A stretch of 64,000 bases of DNA from Alphaproteobacteria bacterium. Lineage in GTDB: Bacteria > Pseudomonadota > Alphaproteobacteria > SHVV01. Below are positions 33,713 to 45,466 of this stretch, piece by piece. Every line of letters starts with the position of its first letter. Within the stretch, counting starts at the first letter, position 1. A model generated the notes under the pieces. It worked only from the letters and a program-made list of their open reading frames with translations, did no database searches and had not been told where the DNA came from. The position numbers were made by a program, and so were the translations under genes. The stretch is from contig OZ253470.1 of assembly GCA_965261735.1 (NCBI GenBank), forward strand, positions 2,816,001 through 2,880,000, written 5' to 3'.

Positions 33713-34996
33713 TCACGCTCGCGCGGGTTCGCGCACCAACATCAGCAGCACCAGGCCGGTAAGGAAGAAGATAAGGACCGTGGCCAGGCCCCAGCGCTGG
33801 CTTGCGGTGGCCGCGGTGACCGTGCTCGCGAGCGTCGGACCGATGAACGCGGTCGCCTTGCCGGAAAACGCGTAGAGGCCGAAGAACTCGGTCCTGAGCT
33901 CGGCTGGTGCGAGGCGCGCCAGCATCGAGCGGCTTGCGGCCTGGGCCGGGCCGACGAAGACACCGAGTGCCGAGCCGAAGATCCAGAACCAGGTCACGTC
34001 CGTTACCGCTACCGCGCCGGCGGCGGTCACCAGCAGGCCGACGAGCGAGAACGCGATGGTGCGCTTCGAGCCGAGCCAGTCGTCGAGCCAGGCGAAGCTG
34101 ACGGCGCCGAGGCCGGCGGTGAGGTTGAGCAGAATGCCGAAGATGAGAACCTGCTCGAAGGACATGCCGAAGACGCCGGCGGCGAAGATGCCGCCGAGCG
34201 AGAACACCGTCACCAGACCGTCGGCGTAGATCAGGCGGGCGACGAGGAAGAGCGCCACGTTGCGGTGGGCGCGGATGTTTCTCAGCGTGGCGCCGAGCGT
34301 CGCCAAGCCCGCGCGGGCGGTCTGCGCCAAGGGTTCCTGGCTCGACTTCCTGTCGGGGGTGAAGACGAAGAGCGGCCAGGAGAAGAGAACGAACCATACG
34401 GCCACCAACGGGCCGACGATGCGCACGTGCTCGGCCGCCTCCTTATCCAAGCCGAACCACGGGCTCTGCGCTTGGACGAAAGCGAACAGCGCCAGCGCCA
34501 GCGCCGCGAGGCCGCCGAAATAGCCGAGCCCCCAAGCCCACCCCGACCAACGGCCGAGCCGGGCCAGCGGCACCAGATCGGGCAGCATCGCATTGTTGAA
34601 GACGATACCGAACTCGAAGGCCACGTTAGCGACGACGATCCACACCATGACCCACAGGATGAAGCGGGAGTCGGGCTCGGCCCACCACAGCATCGCCGAG
34701 CCAACGACGCAGAACGCGGTGAAGACCAGCAGGCCCGGCTTGCGCGGACCGCCGGCATCGGCGATGGCGCCTAACACCGGGCTCAGCAGCGCGACGATAA
34801 TGCCGCTCACGCCGATCGCGTACCCCCACAGGACCTGGCCCTGCACCTCGTCGCCGACGACGGCGCGGCCGAAATAGATGCTGAACACGAACGTGATGAT
34901 GAGCGTGGTGAAGGGCGAGTTGGCCCAATCGTAGAGCGCCCACGCGACGACGCCCCTGGTCGGCGCGGGCGGCGGCTCGGGCGTGGCGGCGGCCAT
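33713..34996 (-). CDS. MFS transporter (UMF1/Atg22-like)
   Basis: WALYDWANSPF, SPVLGAIAD, QAASRS and FFGLYAFSGKA motifs; about 12 TM helices. Confidence 0.9.
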   Translation of the reverse strand: MAAATPEPPPAPTRGVVAWALYDWANSPFTTLIITFVFSIYFGRAVVGDEVQGQVLWGYAIGVSGIIVALLSPVLGAIADAGGPRKPGLLVFTAFCVVGSAMLWWAEPDSRFILWVMVWIVVANVAFEFGIVFNNAMLPDLVPLARLGRWSGWAWGLGYFGGLAALALALFAFVQAQSPWFGLDKEAAEHVRIVGPLVAVWFVLFSWPLFVFTPDRKSSQEPLAQTARAGLATLGATLRNIRAHRNVALFLVARLIYADGLVTVFSLGGIFAAGVFGMSFEQVLIFGILLNLTAGLGAVSFAWLDDWLGSKRTIAFSLVGLLVTAAGAVAVTDVTWFWIFGSALGVFVGPAQAASRSMLARLAPAELRTEFFGLYAFSGKATAFIGPTLASTVTAATASQRWGLATVLIFFLTGLVLLMLVREPARA

Positions 34997-34999
34997 GGC

Positions 35000-37900
35000 T
35001 CAGCCGACGATCAGGCCGCGAACGTGACGGTTGGCGATGGCGAGGCGCGCAACGTCGATGCCGCCGGCGCTGCGAAAGGACGCCATCAAGTCGGCGCTGC
35101 GGGCCACCACGGCGGCATTGTCGGCCTCCCACTTGGCCAGCGCCGCGTCGCCTGCCGCGCAGTCGGCGCCATCGAAAACGCGGCTCGTGAGCGCGCGCTG
35201 CTGGCCGTAGAAGTCCTCCAGGATGGCGCTGATGGCGCGCCGTTCCCAGGGTGAATCGGGCGCCAGCTGCTCGGCTTCCGCGCGCAGCCAGTCGAGCCCG
35301 AGGCGCGCGCCGAGCGCGAAGTAGACGCGCGCCACCTCGGCGACCGAGCGGCCGCCGAGCCGCGCCACCTCGACCACGTGGCAGGCCGCCGCCAGGGTAT
35401 CGAGCCGCGCCACGCGGCGCGCGAGGTCGGCCGGCACACCCTCGCCGCGTAGCCCGGCACTGCGCTGCTCGAGACCGACCGCCTCGAATTCGCTGATGAC
35501 GCCATCGAGCACCGCGTCCACGGCCGCGATGCCGGGCGCCAGCTGCGCGATCGTGCCCGCGATGTCGAGCGGCGCGCGGCGGTTGCGCAGGTACCACTCT
35601 GTCGAGCGGTGGATGAGCTGCATGACCTCGCCGAACATGCGCACCTGCAGCGCCGCCGGGACCTTGTTGTCGAGCGCCTCGATCGCGAGCCACAGCGGGC
35701 GCAGGGCGAAGGCATCGCGCGTGAGGGTGTAGGCGCGGGCGATGTCGGCGGCCGCCGCACCGGTTTCCTCAACGAGGTCGCTGACGAATGTCGGCCCGGC
35801 ACGGTTGACGATGCTGTTGGCGACGACCGTGGCGACGATTTCGCGGCGCAGGCGATGGCCCGCCAGCGCCGGCGCGAAGCGCTTGCGCAGCGCGCGCGGA
35901 AAATACAGGGCGAGGTCGTTGGCGAAGTACGGGTCTTCGGGAACGTCGCTGGCCGTGAGCGCGTCGAACAAGGTGATCTTGCTATAGGACACGAGGACGG
36001 AGATTTCCGGGCGCGTAAGGCCGCGGCCGGCCGCCTGACGCTCGGCGACCGCCTCCTCGTCGGGTAGGAACTCTATGGCCCGGTCGAGCGCTCCGGCGCG
36101 CTCCAGGGTATGCATCAGGCGCGCCTGGGCATCGAGGCCGGCGACATCTTCGGCCTCGCACACCGAGATCGCCTGCGCCTGCAGGTAGTTGTCGCGCAGC
36201 ACCAGATCGCCGACCTCGTCGGTCATGCGCGCGAGCAGCCGGTTGCGCTGACCCGCCACCAGCGAGCGGTCGGCGATGGCGCCGTTGAGCAGGATCTTGA
36301 TGTTGACCTCGTGATCGGAGCAATCGACGCCCGCGGAGTTGTCGACGAAGTCGGTGTTGACCCGGCCCCCGCCGAGCGCGAATTCGATGCGGCCGCGCTG
36401 GGTGATGCCTAGGTTGGCGCCCTCGCCTATCACCCGGCAGCGCAACGCCCGGGCGTCGATGCGCAATCCGTCGGTGGCGCGGTCGCCGGCGTCGGCGTCG
36501 CTCTCGGCCACGGCCTTGACATAGGTCCCGATGCCGCCGAACCACAGCAAATCGACGGACGCCTTGAGGAGGGCCCGGATCAGGTCGGCCGGCGTCAGGC
36601 TGTCGGCCTCGAGATCGAAAGTGCGCTTGATCTCGGGCGAGAGCTTGATCGACGTCGCCGCTCGGTCGAACACGCCACCGCCCTTGGAGATCAGCGCGGG
36701 CTTGTAGTTGCTCCACGATGACCGCGGCAGCGCGAACAGCCGCTTGCGCTCGGCGTAGCTCTTTTTCGCATCCGGATCGGGATCGACGAAGATGTGCTGG
36801 TGGTTGAAGGCGGCGACGAGCCTGATGTGCGGCGACAGCAACATGCCGTTGCCGAACACGTCGCCCCCCATATCGCCGATGCCGACCACGCTGAACGGCG
36901 TGGTTTAGGTATCGAGCCCAAGCTCGCGGAAGTGGCGCTTGACCGATTCCCAGGCGCCGCGCGCGGTGATTCCCATCCGTTTGTGGTCGTAGCCGGCCGA
37001 CCCGCCCGAGGCGAACGCATCGCCGAGCCAGAACCCGTACGCCTGCGACACGTCGTTGGCGATGTCGGAGAACGTCGCCGTGCCCTTGTCGGCGGCGACG
37101 ACGAGGTAGGGGTCATCCTCGTCGTGGCGGACGACATCGCGGGGCGGCGCGATCGCGCCCTCGACGAGGTTGTCGGTCAGGTCGAGGAGCCCGCTCATGA
37201 ACGTGACGTAGGAGGCGATGACTTCGTTCTGGATCGCTTGCCGGTCATCGGTCGCGGGCAGGCGCTTGGTCACGAACCCGCCCTTCGAGCCGACCGGCAC
37301 GATGACCGAGTTCTTGACCATCTGCGCCTTCATCAGGCCGAGCACCTCGGTGCGGAAGTCCTCGCGCCGGTCGGACCAGCGGATGCCGCCGCGCGCGATC
37401 CTGCCAGCGAAGGATACGGTCCTCGTCGAGGTTCGCGACGGCCTCGAGTTGGGCGTCGATAGCGACGAGCAATCGGCTCGCGCGGCGCCCCGAGGTTTGG
37501 GCCTGGGCCGGATCGAAGCGGGCGTGGAACAGCTTGACCAGATTCCGCGAGATGGCGGGATGGCCGCACAGGGTGTCCTCGAGGTAGCGCGGACTGAAGG
37601 GAATGTTGGCTTGATGCAAATACTTGGCGTAGGCCCTGAGCACGACGACGTCGCGCCACTCGAGGCCGGCCCGGAACACGAGTCCGTTGAAGCGATCGTC
37701 CTCAACCTCGCCGCGCCATATCCGCAATACCGCGTCCTCGAACTTCGCGGCGGTGGCGGCCAGGTCGGGCATCTCGCCATCCGGAGCGGCGACCTCGAAA
37801 TCATGAATCCATATTGGCGGCCGAGCGTTGCCGCGGTTAACGCGGTAGGGCCACTCGTAGAGGACCCGGAGCCCCATGTGCTCGAGCACCGGTAGCGAAT

Positions 37901-39667
37901 CCGATAGCGCCACCGGCTTCTCCGGATGGTAGATCTTGAAGCGCACCGCCCTTTCTTCGGGGTGCCGCGCCGCGTACAGGTGAACGCCGACCTCATCGAT
38001 ACCACCGAGACCTTCGATCTTGTCGATGTCGAGCACCGCGTTAGCGGCGTCGAAGACCTCGCGGTAGGCCGTGGGAAAGGCCTCGCCATAGAGCGCGGTA
38101 AGCCTCCTACCCTCGACCGCGCCGTGGCGGTCGATGAGCGCGTCTTCCAGATCCTCGCGCCATGTGCGGGCCGCGGCGACGAGTTTGGCCTCGAGCGCGG
38201 CGACATTGGGCTCGGCTGTATCGCTCGGGGTGCGCCCGATGATGAAGTGCAGGCGGGCCAAGGCGTCGTCGCCGATCTGTGTCGAGAAGGCCGAGTTGCG
38301 GCCGCGAAACGCCTCCGCCAGGATCGCCTCGAAGCGCCTGCGGAGCGCGGTCGTATGCTGCTCGCGGGGCACGAAAACGAGGCAGGAGGCAAAGCGCTTG
38401 AAGCGGTCCGAGCGGACGAACAGCCGGATGCGCGGCCGTTCGCTGAGGTGCAGGATGCCGGTCGCCGCCTCGTACAGCTCGTCCTCGGAGATCTGCAGAA
38501 GCTCGTCGCGGGGAAACGTCTCCAGGATGTGGAGCAGCGCCTTACCGGCATGGCTCGTGGCGCCGAGACGCGAGCGTTCGACCACGTGCCGCACCTTACG
38601 CCGCAAGACCGGAATACTGGACGGGCTCATGCTGTACGCGGTCGAGGTGAACAGGCCGATGAAGCGGTGCTCGCCTATCGCGCGGCCCTGGGCGTCGAGG
38701 CTCTTCACGCCGACGTAATCCATGTGGACCGCCCGGTGTACCGTGCTGCGCACGCTCGTCTTGGTGATGTGAAGCAGCGCCGGCTGCTTTAGGAAGTGGC
38801 GAATCTCCGGCGGCAGGTCGGTAAGACGGCGGGGGGGGGGTCCGAGGACGTGCACCCGGGGATCACGTAGCAGGCCCTTGCCGGAGTCCTTGACCGGCGC
38901 GAACAGGGCCTCGCGCCCGTGGTCGCGCAGATCGAATTCGCGATAGCCGAGAAGCGTGAAGTTGTCGTCCTTCATCCACGCGAGGAAGGCCTTGGCCTCG
39001 GCCATCTCGGCGGCGTCGATCATGGGGGGGGGCCAGACTCGAGGGTCGCGATGGCGTCGTCGAGCTCGCCCAGCATGGGCCGCCAATCCGCGACCACCGC
39101 GCGTACATTGGCGAGCGACTTGTCGAGGTCCGCAACCAGAGACTCGCGCGCCTCGGGCGCCGCCTGATGGTCGATGCCGATATGCATCCATGACTCTTGT
39201 ATCGACGAATCGCTGCCGGCCGAGGGCGCCGGTGCGGCACGCAGGAGCTTGATCTTGCCCTGAGCGGCCCTCTCGACTAGCAGGACCGGATGAACGACAA
39301 AATGCGTGGCGACGCCGGCCCGCGCCACGGCCATGGTCACCGAGTCGACGAGGAACGGCATGTCGTCGTGGATGATCTCGACGATCGTGTGCGATGAGGA
39401 CCACCCGTCGATCCGTGGGTCCGGATCGTAGGCCCTGATCTTTGCCCGGCCGGGCATCCGCTTCTGGCCGAACCGCCACAGCGAACGGGCGGCGCCGTAC
39501 AGGGTTTCGCTCGACTGGCTGGCAATGTCCTCGGGTGCCACGTGCTGGCAGTACTGGCGCGCGAAGGCCTCGAACTCGCCCCCGCGGCCCTTGCCGGCCT
39601 CGCGCCGAAGGCGTCGGATAACCTCGGCGATGCGGCGCTGCTTAAGCGCTTCGGGCCTGACTACCAT
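35000..39667 (-). pseudogene. gdhB: Large NAD-specific glutamate dehydrogenase (GdhB/GdhZ type), disrupted
   Basis: [45 protein letters not shown] and DNSAGVDCSDHEVNIK are spread over four ORFs. Lesions: frameshift at G9 (39024-39032), deletion plus frameshift near 37405, TAA at 36905-36907. Confidence 0.92.
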
Positions 39668-39857
39668 GTCGATGGTTCCCGCCGCGCCGTCTCGCCGGCC
39701 CTAGCGATCCCGCCGGGAACGGGCGGGCTCCGGCACAGGGCGCTGCGTGTCGACACCGCCCGAAGGCGCGCAGCGCGATGTTGGGCGGTCCGTCAACCCC
39801 GTTCGCGCGGAAGGGCTGCGGCGGGCGCCAAGCGCCCTAGCCACTCACGCCGAGGGC

Positions 39858-41210
39858 TCACACCACGCCATACGCGATCATGGCATCGGCAACCTTGATG
39901 AAACCGGCGACATTGGCGCCCTTGAGGTAGTTGATATAGCCGTCCGGCTCCTTGCCGTACTCGAGGCAGCTCCCGTGGATGCCGCTCATGATGTCGCGCA
40001 GCAGCTTTTGCAGCTCTTCCTCCTTCCACGAGATGCGGGCGCTGTTCTGGCTCATCTCCAGACCCGACACGGCGACGCCGCCGGCGTTGGCCGCCTTGCT
40101 CGGGGCGAACAGGATCTTGGCATCGATGAAGGCATGGATGCCGTCCTGCTCCGTCGGCATGTTGGCGCCCTCGGAGATCCCCTTGCACCCGTTGGCGAGC
40201 AGAACCTTGGCGTCATCGGCGCTGATTTCGTTCTGGGTGGCGCACGGAAAGGCGAGGTCGCAGGCGACGTGCCACGGGCGCAGGCCCTCGTGGAACTCGA
40301 CGCCGAACTCCTCGGCATATTCCTGGATGCGGCCGCGGCGCTTGGTCTTCAGGTCTATGATCCAGGCCACCTTTTCGTCAGTGATTCCGTCGGGGTCATG
40401 GATGAAGCCGGACGAGTCGGACATGGTCAGCACCTTGCCGCCGAGTTGGTTGATCTTCTGCGCCGCGTAGGTGGCGACGTTGCCCGACCCCGAGACGAGG
40501 CACTTCTTGCCCTCGAAGCCATCGCCCGCGGTCTTCAGCATGTCTTCCATGAAGTAGACGGCGCCGTAGCCGGTGGCCTCGGTGCGGATCAGGCTGCCGC
40601 CGAACTCCAGCCCCTTGCCGGTAAGGACGCCGGTGAAGCGGTTGGTCAGGCGCTTGTATTGGCCGAACATGTAACCGATCTCGCGCGCGCCGACGCCGAT
40701 GTCGCCGGCCGGGACGTCGGTGTCCTCGCCGACGTGGCGATACAGCTCGGTCATGAAGGATTGACAGAACCGCATGACCTCGTTGTTCGACTTACCCCTC
40801 GGGTTGAAATCCGAACCGCCCTTGCCGCCGCCCATCGGCAGCCCGGTCAGGCTGTTCTTGAAGGTCTGCTCGAAGGCGAGAAACTTGAGGATGCTGAGCG
40901 TGACGCTGGGGTGGAAGCGGATGCCGCCCTTATAGGGGCCGATCGAGTTGTTGTTCTGGATGCGATAGCCGCGGTTGACGCGGATATTGCCGTTGTCATC
41001 CTCCCAGCAGACGCGAAAGATCACGATCCGGTCGGGCTCGGCGATGCGCCGCACGATCTGCATTTCATGGTAGATCGGCTTGTCGGCAATGTAGGGGAAG
41101 ATGTTCGATGCAACCTCGTACACCGCCTGGTGAAACTCGGTTTCTCCCGGGTTGCGCCTCTTGAGTCCGGCCATGAATTGATCGATGTCCACATGATCGG
41201 AAACAGCCAT
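39858..41210 (-). CDS. gdhA: NADP-specific glutamate dehydrogenase
   Basis: GPYKGGIRFHPSV, LPMGGGKGGSDF, DVPAGDIGVG, EATGYG and GSGNVA motifs. Confidence 0.96.
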   Translation of the reverse strand: MAVSDHVDIDQFMAGLKRRNPGETEFHQAVYEVASNIFPYIADKPIYHEMQIVRRIAEPDRIVIFRVCWEDDNGNIRVNRGYRIQNNNSIGPYKGGIRFHPSVTLSILKFLAFEQTFKNSLTGLPMGGGKGGSDFNPRGKSNNEVMRFCQSFMTELYRHVGEDTDVPAGDIGVGAREIGYMFGQYKRLTNRFTGVLTGKGLEFGGSLIRTEATGYGAVYFMEDMLKTAGDGFEGKKCLVSGSGNVATYAAQKINQLGGKVLTMSDSSGFIHDPDGITDEKVAWIIDLKTKRRGRIQEYAEEFGVEFHEGLRPWHVACDLAFPCATQNEISADDAKVLLANGCKGISEGANMPTEQDGIHAFIDAKILFAPSKAANAGGVAVSGLEMSQNSARISWKEEELQKLLRDIMSGIHGSCLEYGKEPDGYINYLKGANVAGFIKVADAMIAYGVV

Positions 41211-41412
41211 AATGAGTTCTCCCTTGCTCAGTTGATAATGGGGCGCCGCCGGGTGCGAGGCCGCTCGCCGTCATACCCCCCGTGGGTCAACGGCTTATTG
41301 GTGAAGCGAACGTTTGCCGCGGGCCAGGTCGCCACGGCGGCGCCGAGTGTAACAGGATTGCGAGGCCGAACGCGGCGGGATTACAACCGTGCTTTGGGGG
41401 TGAAAACGAGCC

Positions 41413-42651
41413 ATGCCCAGCGAGAGACTCACCTTTACCGGCGCCGCCGGGGCGGCGCTCGATGCCCGGCTCGACCTACCCGAAGGCGCGCCCCGGGCGT
41501 TCGCGCTGTTCGCGCATTGCTTCACGTGCTCGAAGGACAGGCTGGCCGCTGCGCGCATCGCCCGCGGGCTAGCCGGCGTGGGCGTGGCGACCCTACGCTT
41601 CGACTTCACCGGGCTTGGCGGTAGCGAGGGCGACTTCGCCAACACTGGATTCTCCTCCAACATCGACGACCTGGTCGCGGCCGCCGACCACCTGCGCCGC
41701 CACTACCGGGCGCCGGCACTCCTGGTCGGGCACAGCCTCGGCGGTACGGCGGTGCTCGCCGCCGCCCAACGCATACCCGAGGCGCGCTGCATCGCAACCA
41801 TCGCCGCGCCGGCCGAGCCTGCGCACGTGCGCCACTTGCTCGCACCCGCGGTGCCGGCGATCACGGCCCAGGGCGCGGCCGAGGTCGAGATCGGCGGGCG
41901 CCATTTCACCATCGCCCAGAGTTTCCTTGACGACATCGCGGCGCACGACGTGACGGCGGAACTCGCCACCCTCGAGAAAGCCCTCCTCGTCTTCCATGCC
42001 CCCGGCGACGATACGGTCGGCATCGACAACGCGACCCGTATCTTCGTCGCCGCGCGCCACCCCAAGAGCTTCGTCTCGCTCGACGATGCCGATCACCTGT
42101 TGACGCGGCGCGAGGATGGTGCCTACGTCGCCTCGGTGTTGGCGGCCTGGGCCGCGCGCTATGTCGGTGAGCCGGAGCCCGAACTCGCGCCCGCGCCCGA
42201 GCGGCTTGACCCGGGCACGGTGTTGGTCGAGGAGGCGGGCGGCGCGAAGCTCGTTCAGCGTGTTCGTGCCGGGCCCCACCTGCTTGCCGCCGACGAGCCG
42301 CGCGAGCACGGCGGCACCGATGCCGGCCCCTCGCCCTACGATCTGCTGCTCGCGGCCCTCGGCACTTGCACCACGATGACGCTGCGCCTCTACGCCGAAC
42401 GCAAGGGGTGGCCGCTCGAGAGGGCGGGCGTGGCGCTGCGCCACAACAAGGTCCACGCCACCGACTGCGCCGAGTGCGAGACGAGGGAGGGCCGGATCGA
42501 TCGCATCGAGCGCGATGTCACGCTCGACGGGCCGCTAAGCGCCGAGCAGCGCGCGCGCATGCTCGAAATAGCCGACAAATGCCCGGTCCATCGTACGCTC
42601 AAATCGGAGATCGACATCCGCACCCGGCTGGCCGAGGGGACCGTGGGCTAG
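41413..42651 (+). CDS. Bifunctional alpha/beta hydrolase-OsmC family protein
   Basis: FAHCFTCSK and GHSLGG, then ADEP...GPSPYDLL..LGTCT and ADKCPVHRTL. Confidence 0.93.
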   Translation: MPSERLTFTGAAGAALDARLDLPEGAPRAFALFAHCFTCSKDRLAAARIARGLAGVGVATLRFDFTGLGGSEGDFANTGFSSNIDDLVAAADHLRRHYRAPALLVGHSLGGTAVLAAAQRIPEARCIATIAAPAEPAHVRHLLAPAVPAITAQGAAEVEIGGRHFTIAQSFLDDIAAHDVTAELATLEKALLVFHAPGDDTVGIDNATRIFVAARHPKSFVSLDDADHLLTRREDGAYVASVLAAWAARYVGEPEPELAPAPERLDPGTVLVEEAGGAKLVQRVRAGPHLLAADEPREHGGTDAGPSPYDLLLAALGTCTTMTLRLYAERKGWPLERAGVALRHNKVHATDCAECETREGRIDRIERDVTLDGPLSAEQRARMLEIADKCPVHRTLKSEIDIRTRLAEGTVG

Positions 42652-42675
42652 GCCGGCCACTCGAGAGGTGATGCC

Positions 42676-43380
42676 ATGGACTTCAGGGACCGGCAGGTCG
42701 TCGTCACCGGTGGCACCGGCGCGCTGGGGACCGCCGTCGTCGGCGCCCTGATCGATGCCGGCGCGACCTGTCACGTTCCGAACTTCGATACCCGCGAGCT
42801 CGCGGGTTTCGCGCACGCGGGAAAGCCGGGCGTCAGCCTGACCACCGGCGTCGACCTCACCGACCAGGACGAGGTCGACTCCTACTACGCCGCGCTGCCC
42901 CGGTTGTGGGCGTCGCTCCACCTCGCCGGGGGCTTCGCGATGGCGCCCCTCGCCGAGGCCGGAGCGAGCGAGTTCCACGACCAGATGAACATGAACGTGC
43001 TCACCGCCTACCTGTGCTGCCGCGGCGCGGTCGCCAACATGCGCGGCGAGCCTGCCGGCGGCGGGCGCCTCGTCAACGTGGCCGCGCGGCCGGCGCTGGA
43101 GCCACGCCAGGGCGCCGGCATGGCGCTCTACGCCGCGGCCAAGGCAGCCGTCGCCACCCTCACGCTCGCGCTCGCCGAGGAGGTGGCGCCCGAGGGCATC
43201 TGGGTCAATGCAGTGGCACCCTCGATCCTCGATACGCCGCAGAACAGAGCCGCCATGCCGGGCGCCGACTTCACCGCCTGGCCCAAGGTCGAGGAGGTCG
43301 CGAGCACCATTGCCTTCCTCGCGGCGCCGGAAAACCTCGCCACGCGCGGCGCCGCCGTCGCCGTCTATGGCCGTAGCTGA
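42676..43380 (+). CDS. SDR family oxidoreductase
   Basis: TGGTGALG, YAAAK and VNAVAPSILDTP motifs. Confidence 0.9.
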   Translation: MDFRDRQVVVTGGTGALGTAVVGALIDAGATCHVPNFDTRELAGFAHAGKPGVSLTTGVDLTDQDEVDSYYAALPRLWASLHLAGGFAMAPLAEAGASEFHDQMNMNVLTAYLCCRGAVANMRGEPAGGGRLVNVAARPALEPRQGAGMALYAAAKAAVATLTLALAEEVAPEGIWVNAVAPSILDTPQNRAAMPGADFTAWPKVEEVASTIAFLAAPENLATRGAAVAVYGRS

Positions 43381-44584
43381 GCCCGCGGCGATTGCGGCTT
43401 CGGGCGACGAGTCTCTGTCTGAGAGGCCGCCGCGCCTGTTGTTCCTGATGAACGAGGCGCTGTTCTTCACCACCCACCGCATGCCGGTGGCGCTGGCCGC
43501 GCGCGAGGCCGGATTCGACATCCACGTCGCGGCGCCCTACGAGCGCGACTACGTCGCCGCCATCGAGCGCGCGGGCTTTCCCTACCACCCGATTCCGCTG
43601 CGCCGGGGCGGGCGCGGGCTCATCGGTGAGGCGCGCCTCGCTCTCTCGTTCTGGCGGCTGGTGGGCCGGCTCGCGCCCGACCTCGTCCACCACGTGGCGA
43701 TGAAGCCGGTGCTCTATGGCGGCGCGGTCGCGCGGCTGCGGCGGGTGCCGGCGGCGGTCCACGCGATCACCGGGCTCGGCCACCTGTTCATCCGCGAGGA
43801 CGCGGCCGCGCGCCTCCAGCAGAGGCTCGTCATGGTGCTCTTCCGCTTTGCGCTCGGCCACCGCCACGCCCGCGCCATCTTCCAAAACGGCCACGACCTC
43901 GACCTGTTCGTTCGCGAAGGCCTCGTAGACCCCGCACGCGCGGTGATGATCCGGGGCTCGGGAGTCGACATGGAGGCGTTCGCGGCGACGCCGGAGCCCG
44001 ACGGCGAGGCGGTCGTCATGTTCCCCGCGCGGCTGCTCGGCGACAAGGGCGTGCGCGAGTTCGTGGCCGCCGCTCGGGCCCTGAAGGAGCAGGGCGTGCG
44101 AGCGCGCTTCGTCCTCGTCGGGCGCACCGATCCCGCCAATCCGACAGATGTCGGCGAGCCGGTGGTGCGCGCCTGGGAGGCCGAAGGGGCGATCGAGTGG
44201 TGGGGCTATCGCACCGACATGGCCGCGGTGCTCGCGATGGCGCATGTCGTGTGCATGCCGTCCTACCGCGAGGGGCTGCCGCGGGTCCTGATCGAGGCCG
44301 CCGCGTGCGCACGCCCGATCGTGACCGCCGACGTGCCCGGCTGCCGCGAGATCGTTCGCCACGAGGTCAACGGTCTGCTGGTGCCGCCGCGTGATGCACC
44401 GGCCACGGCCGCTGCGATCCGCCGCTTGCTCGAGGACGAGGGCCTGCGCCGCGAGATGGGACGGCGCGCCCGCGACATGGCCGTCGCCGAATTCGCGGTC
44501 GATGCGTTCGTCGCCAAGACGCTCGCCGTCTACCGTTCGCTCCTGCCCGCCGCGGCCCTTGCCTTGCCCGCGAACCCGGATTGA
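43367..44584 (+). CDS. Glycosyltransferase family 4 (CapM-like)
   Basis: KPVLYG, ITGLG, IFQN, RLLGDKGVREF, PSYREGLP and DVPGCRE motifs. Confidence 0.92.
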   Translation: MAVAEPAAIAASGDESLSERPPRLLFLMNEALFFTTHRMPVALAAREAGFDIHVAAPYERDYVAAIERAGFPYHPIPLRRGGRGLIGEARLALSFWRLVGRLAPDLVHHVAMKPVLYGGAVARLRRVPAAVHAITGLGHLFIREDAAARLQQRLVMVLFRFALGHRHARAIFQNGHDLDLFVREGLVDPARAVMIRGSGVDMEAFAATPEPDGEAVVMFPARLLGDKGVREFVAAARALKEQGVRARFVLVGRTDPANPTDVGEPVVRAWEAEGAIEWWGYRTDMAAVLAMAHVVCMPSYREGLPRVLIEAAACARPIVTADVPGCREIVRHEVNGLLVPPRDAPATAAAIRRLLEDEGLRREMGRRARDMAVAEFAVDAFVAKTLAVYRSLLPAAALALPANPD

Positions 44585-44740
44585 ACGCGTCCTCAATCAG
44601 TCCGACGATATGGTTCAACGTGGCCCTTAGGTTTCGGGGCAGAGCGCCGATTTCCCTTCCGACGCGCTCGTTTAGTGGCTATCGCAGTCAACTGTCCCCT
44701 CTACCGCCCCGCGGGTCGGCGCCCAGAACCCGAGCCCGGC

Positions 44741-45103
44741 TCACGCGTCCGCCTTCATTGCGCACCATGCGCGTATCACCGCTTCGATCGCCGAGCGCTT
44801 CGCCTCGACGTCCGGCAAGTCTGCAAAGTACATGTACTTAACGGTGCCGCCGCCACCGACCAGGCTCGGATGGTCGCCCGGAATCTCGGCGCCGCGATGG
44901 AACATCAGGCTCACCTTTTTCTTGGTATTAGGATTGATGCTCGCGATGTTTCCTCGGAACGTGAAGGTAGGACTCTTCCATTTGATGCATTCTTCTACGC
45001 GCGTGTCCGATTGGAGGATGACCTCGGGGAGCCGCGTGATCGCATCTTTCAGCGGATGATCGAAATCATTCAGCCATCGCTGAACCTCGGTGCTCTTTCC
45101 CAT
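44741..45103 (-). CDS. DUF1801/YdhG-like protein
   Basis: EECIKWKSPTF and SLMFHRGA motifs; AGGAG upstream; lower GC than the flanks. Confidence 0.8.
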   Translation of the reverse strand: MGKSTEVQRWLNDFDHPLKDAITRLPEVILQSDTRVEECIKWKSPTFTFRGNIASINPNTKKKVSLMFHRGAEIPGDHPSLVGGGGTVKYMYFADLPDVEAKRSAIEAVIRAWCAMKADA

Positions 45104-45466
45104 GCCCGCCATGCTCCTAAGCGTTCGCCCCTTACGGGCGCCTCGAATAACGCTCGAGATGAGTGGCGGAGCCAGACGTCCGCCAACCATAATGGCTCGA
45201 GACTTCTGTCGGCAGAGCCCACCATCGCGTGGGGCAAGGCACTCAGGGCCGGGCCACCATTCAGCATTTCATACGCCATCCAACCATCGCGAATATTGCG
45301 ATTATGTTGTCGCGTTCAAGAACCAGATGAGTGCTGACGATCTCTCTCAAGCATGCGGCCGTTGTCGCTGAGGCGGTAAAGAGTTGTTTGTCACCTAGCA
45401 ACCCTGACGGGCGGAGGCGCGCTTTCGCGCTTACGCGCTCGCCGGCATTGCGCTAAGAAGGCCGCC

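Noticed and set aside
38831-38840. G10 tract in gdhB as a further frameshift
   Set aside because: The reading frame is maintained through it (GPPPRRL).
44585-45466. Integron cassette (attC) around the DUF1801 gene
   Set aside because: No convincing RYYYAAC...GTTRRRY palindrome and no integrase.
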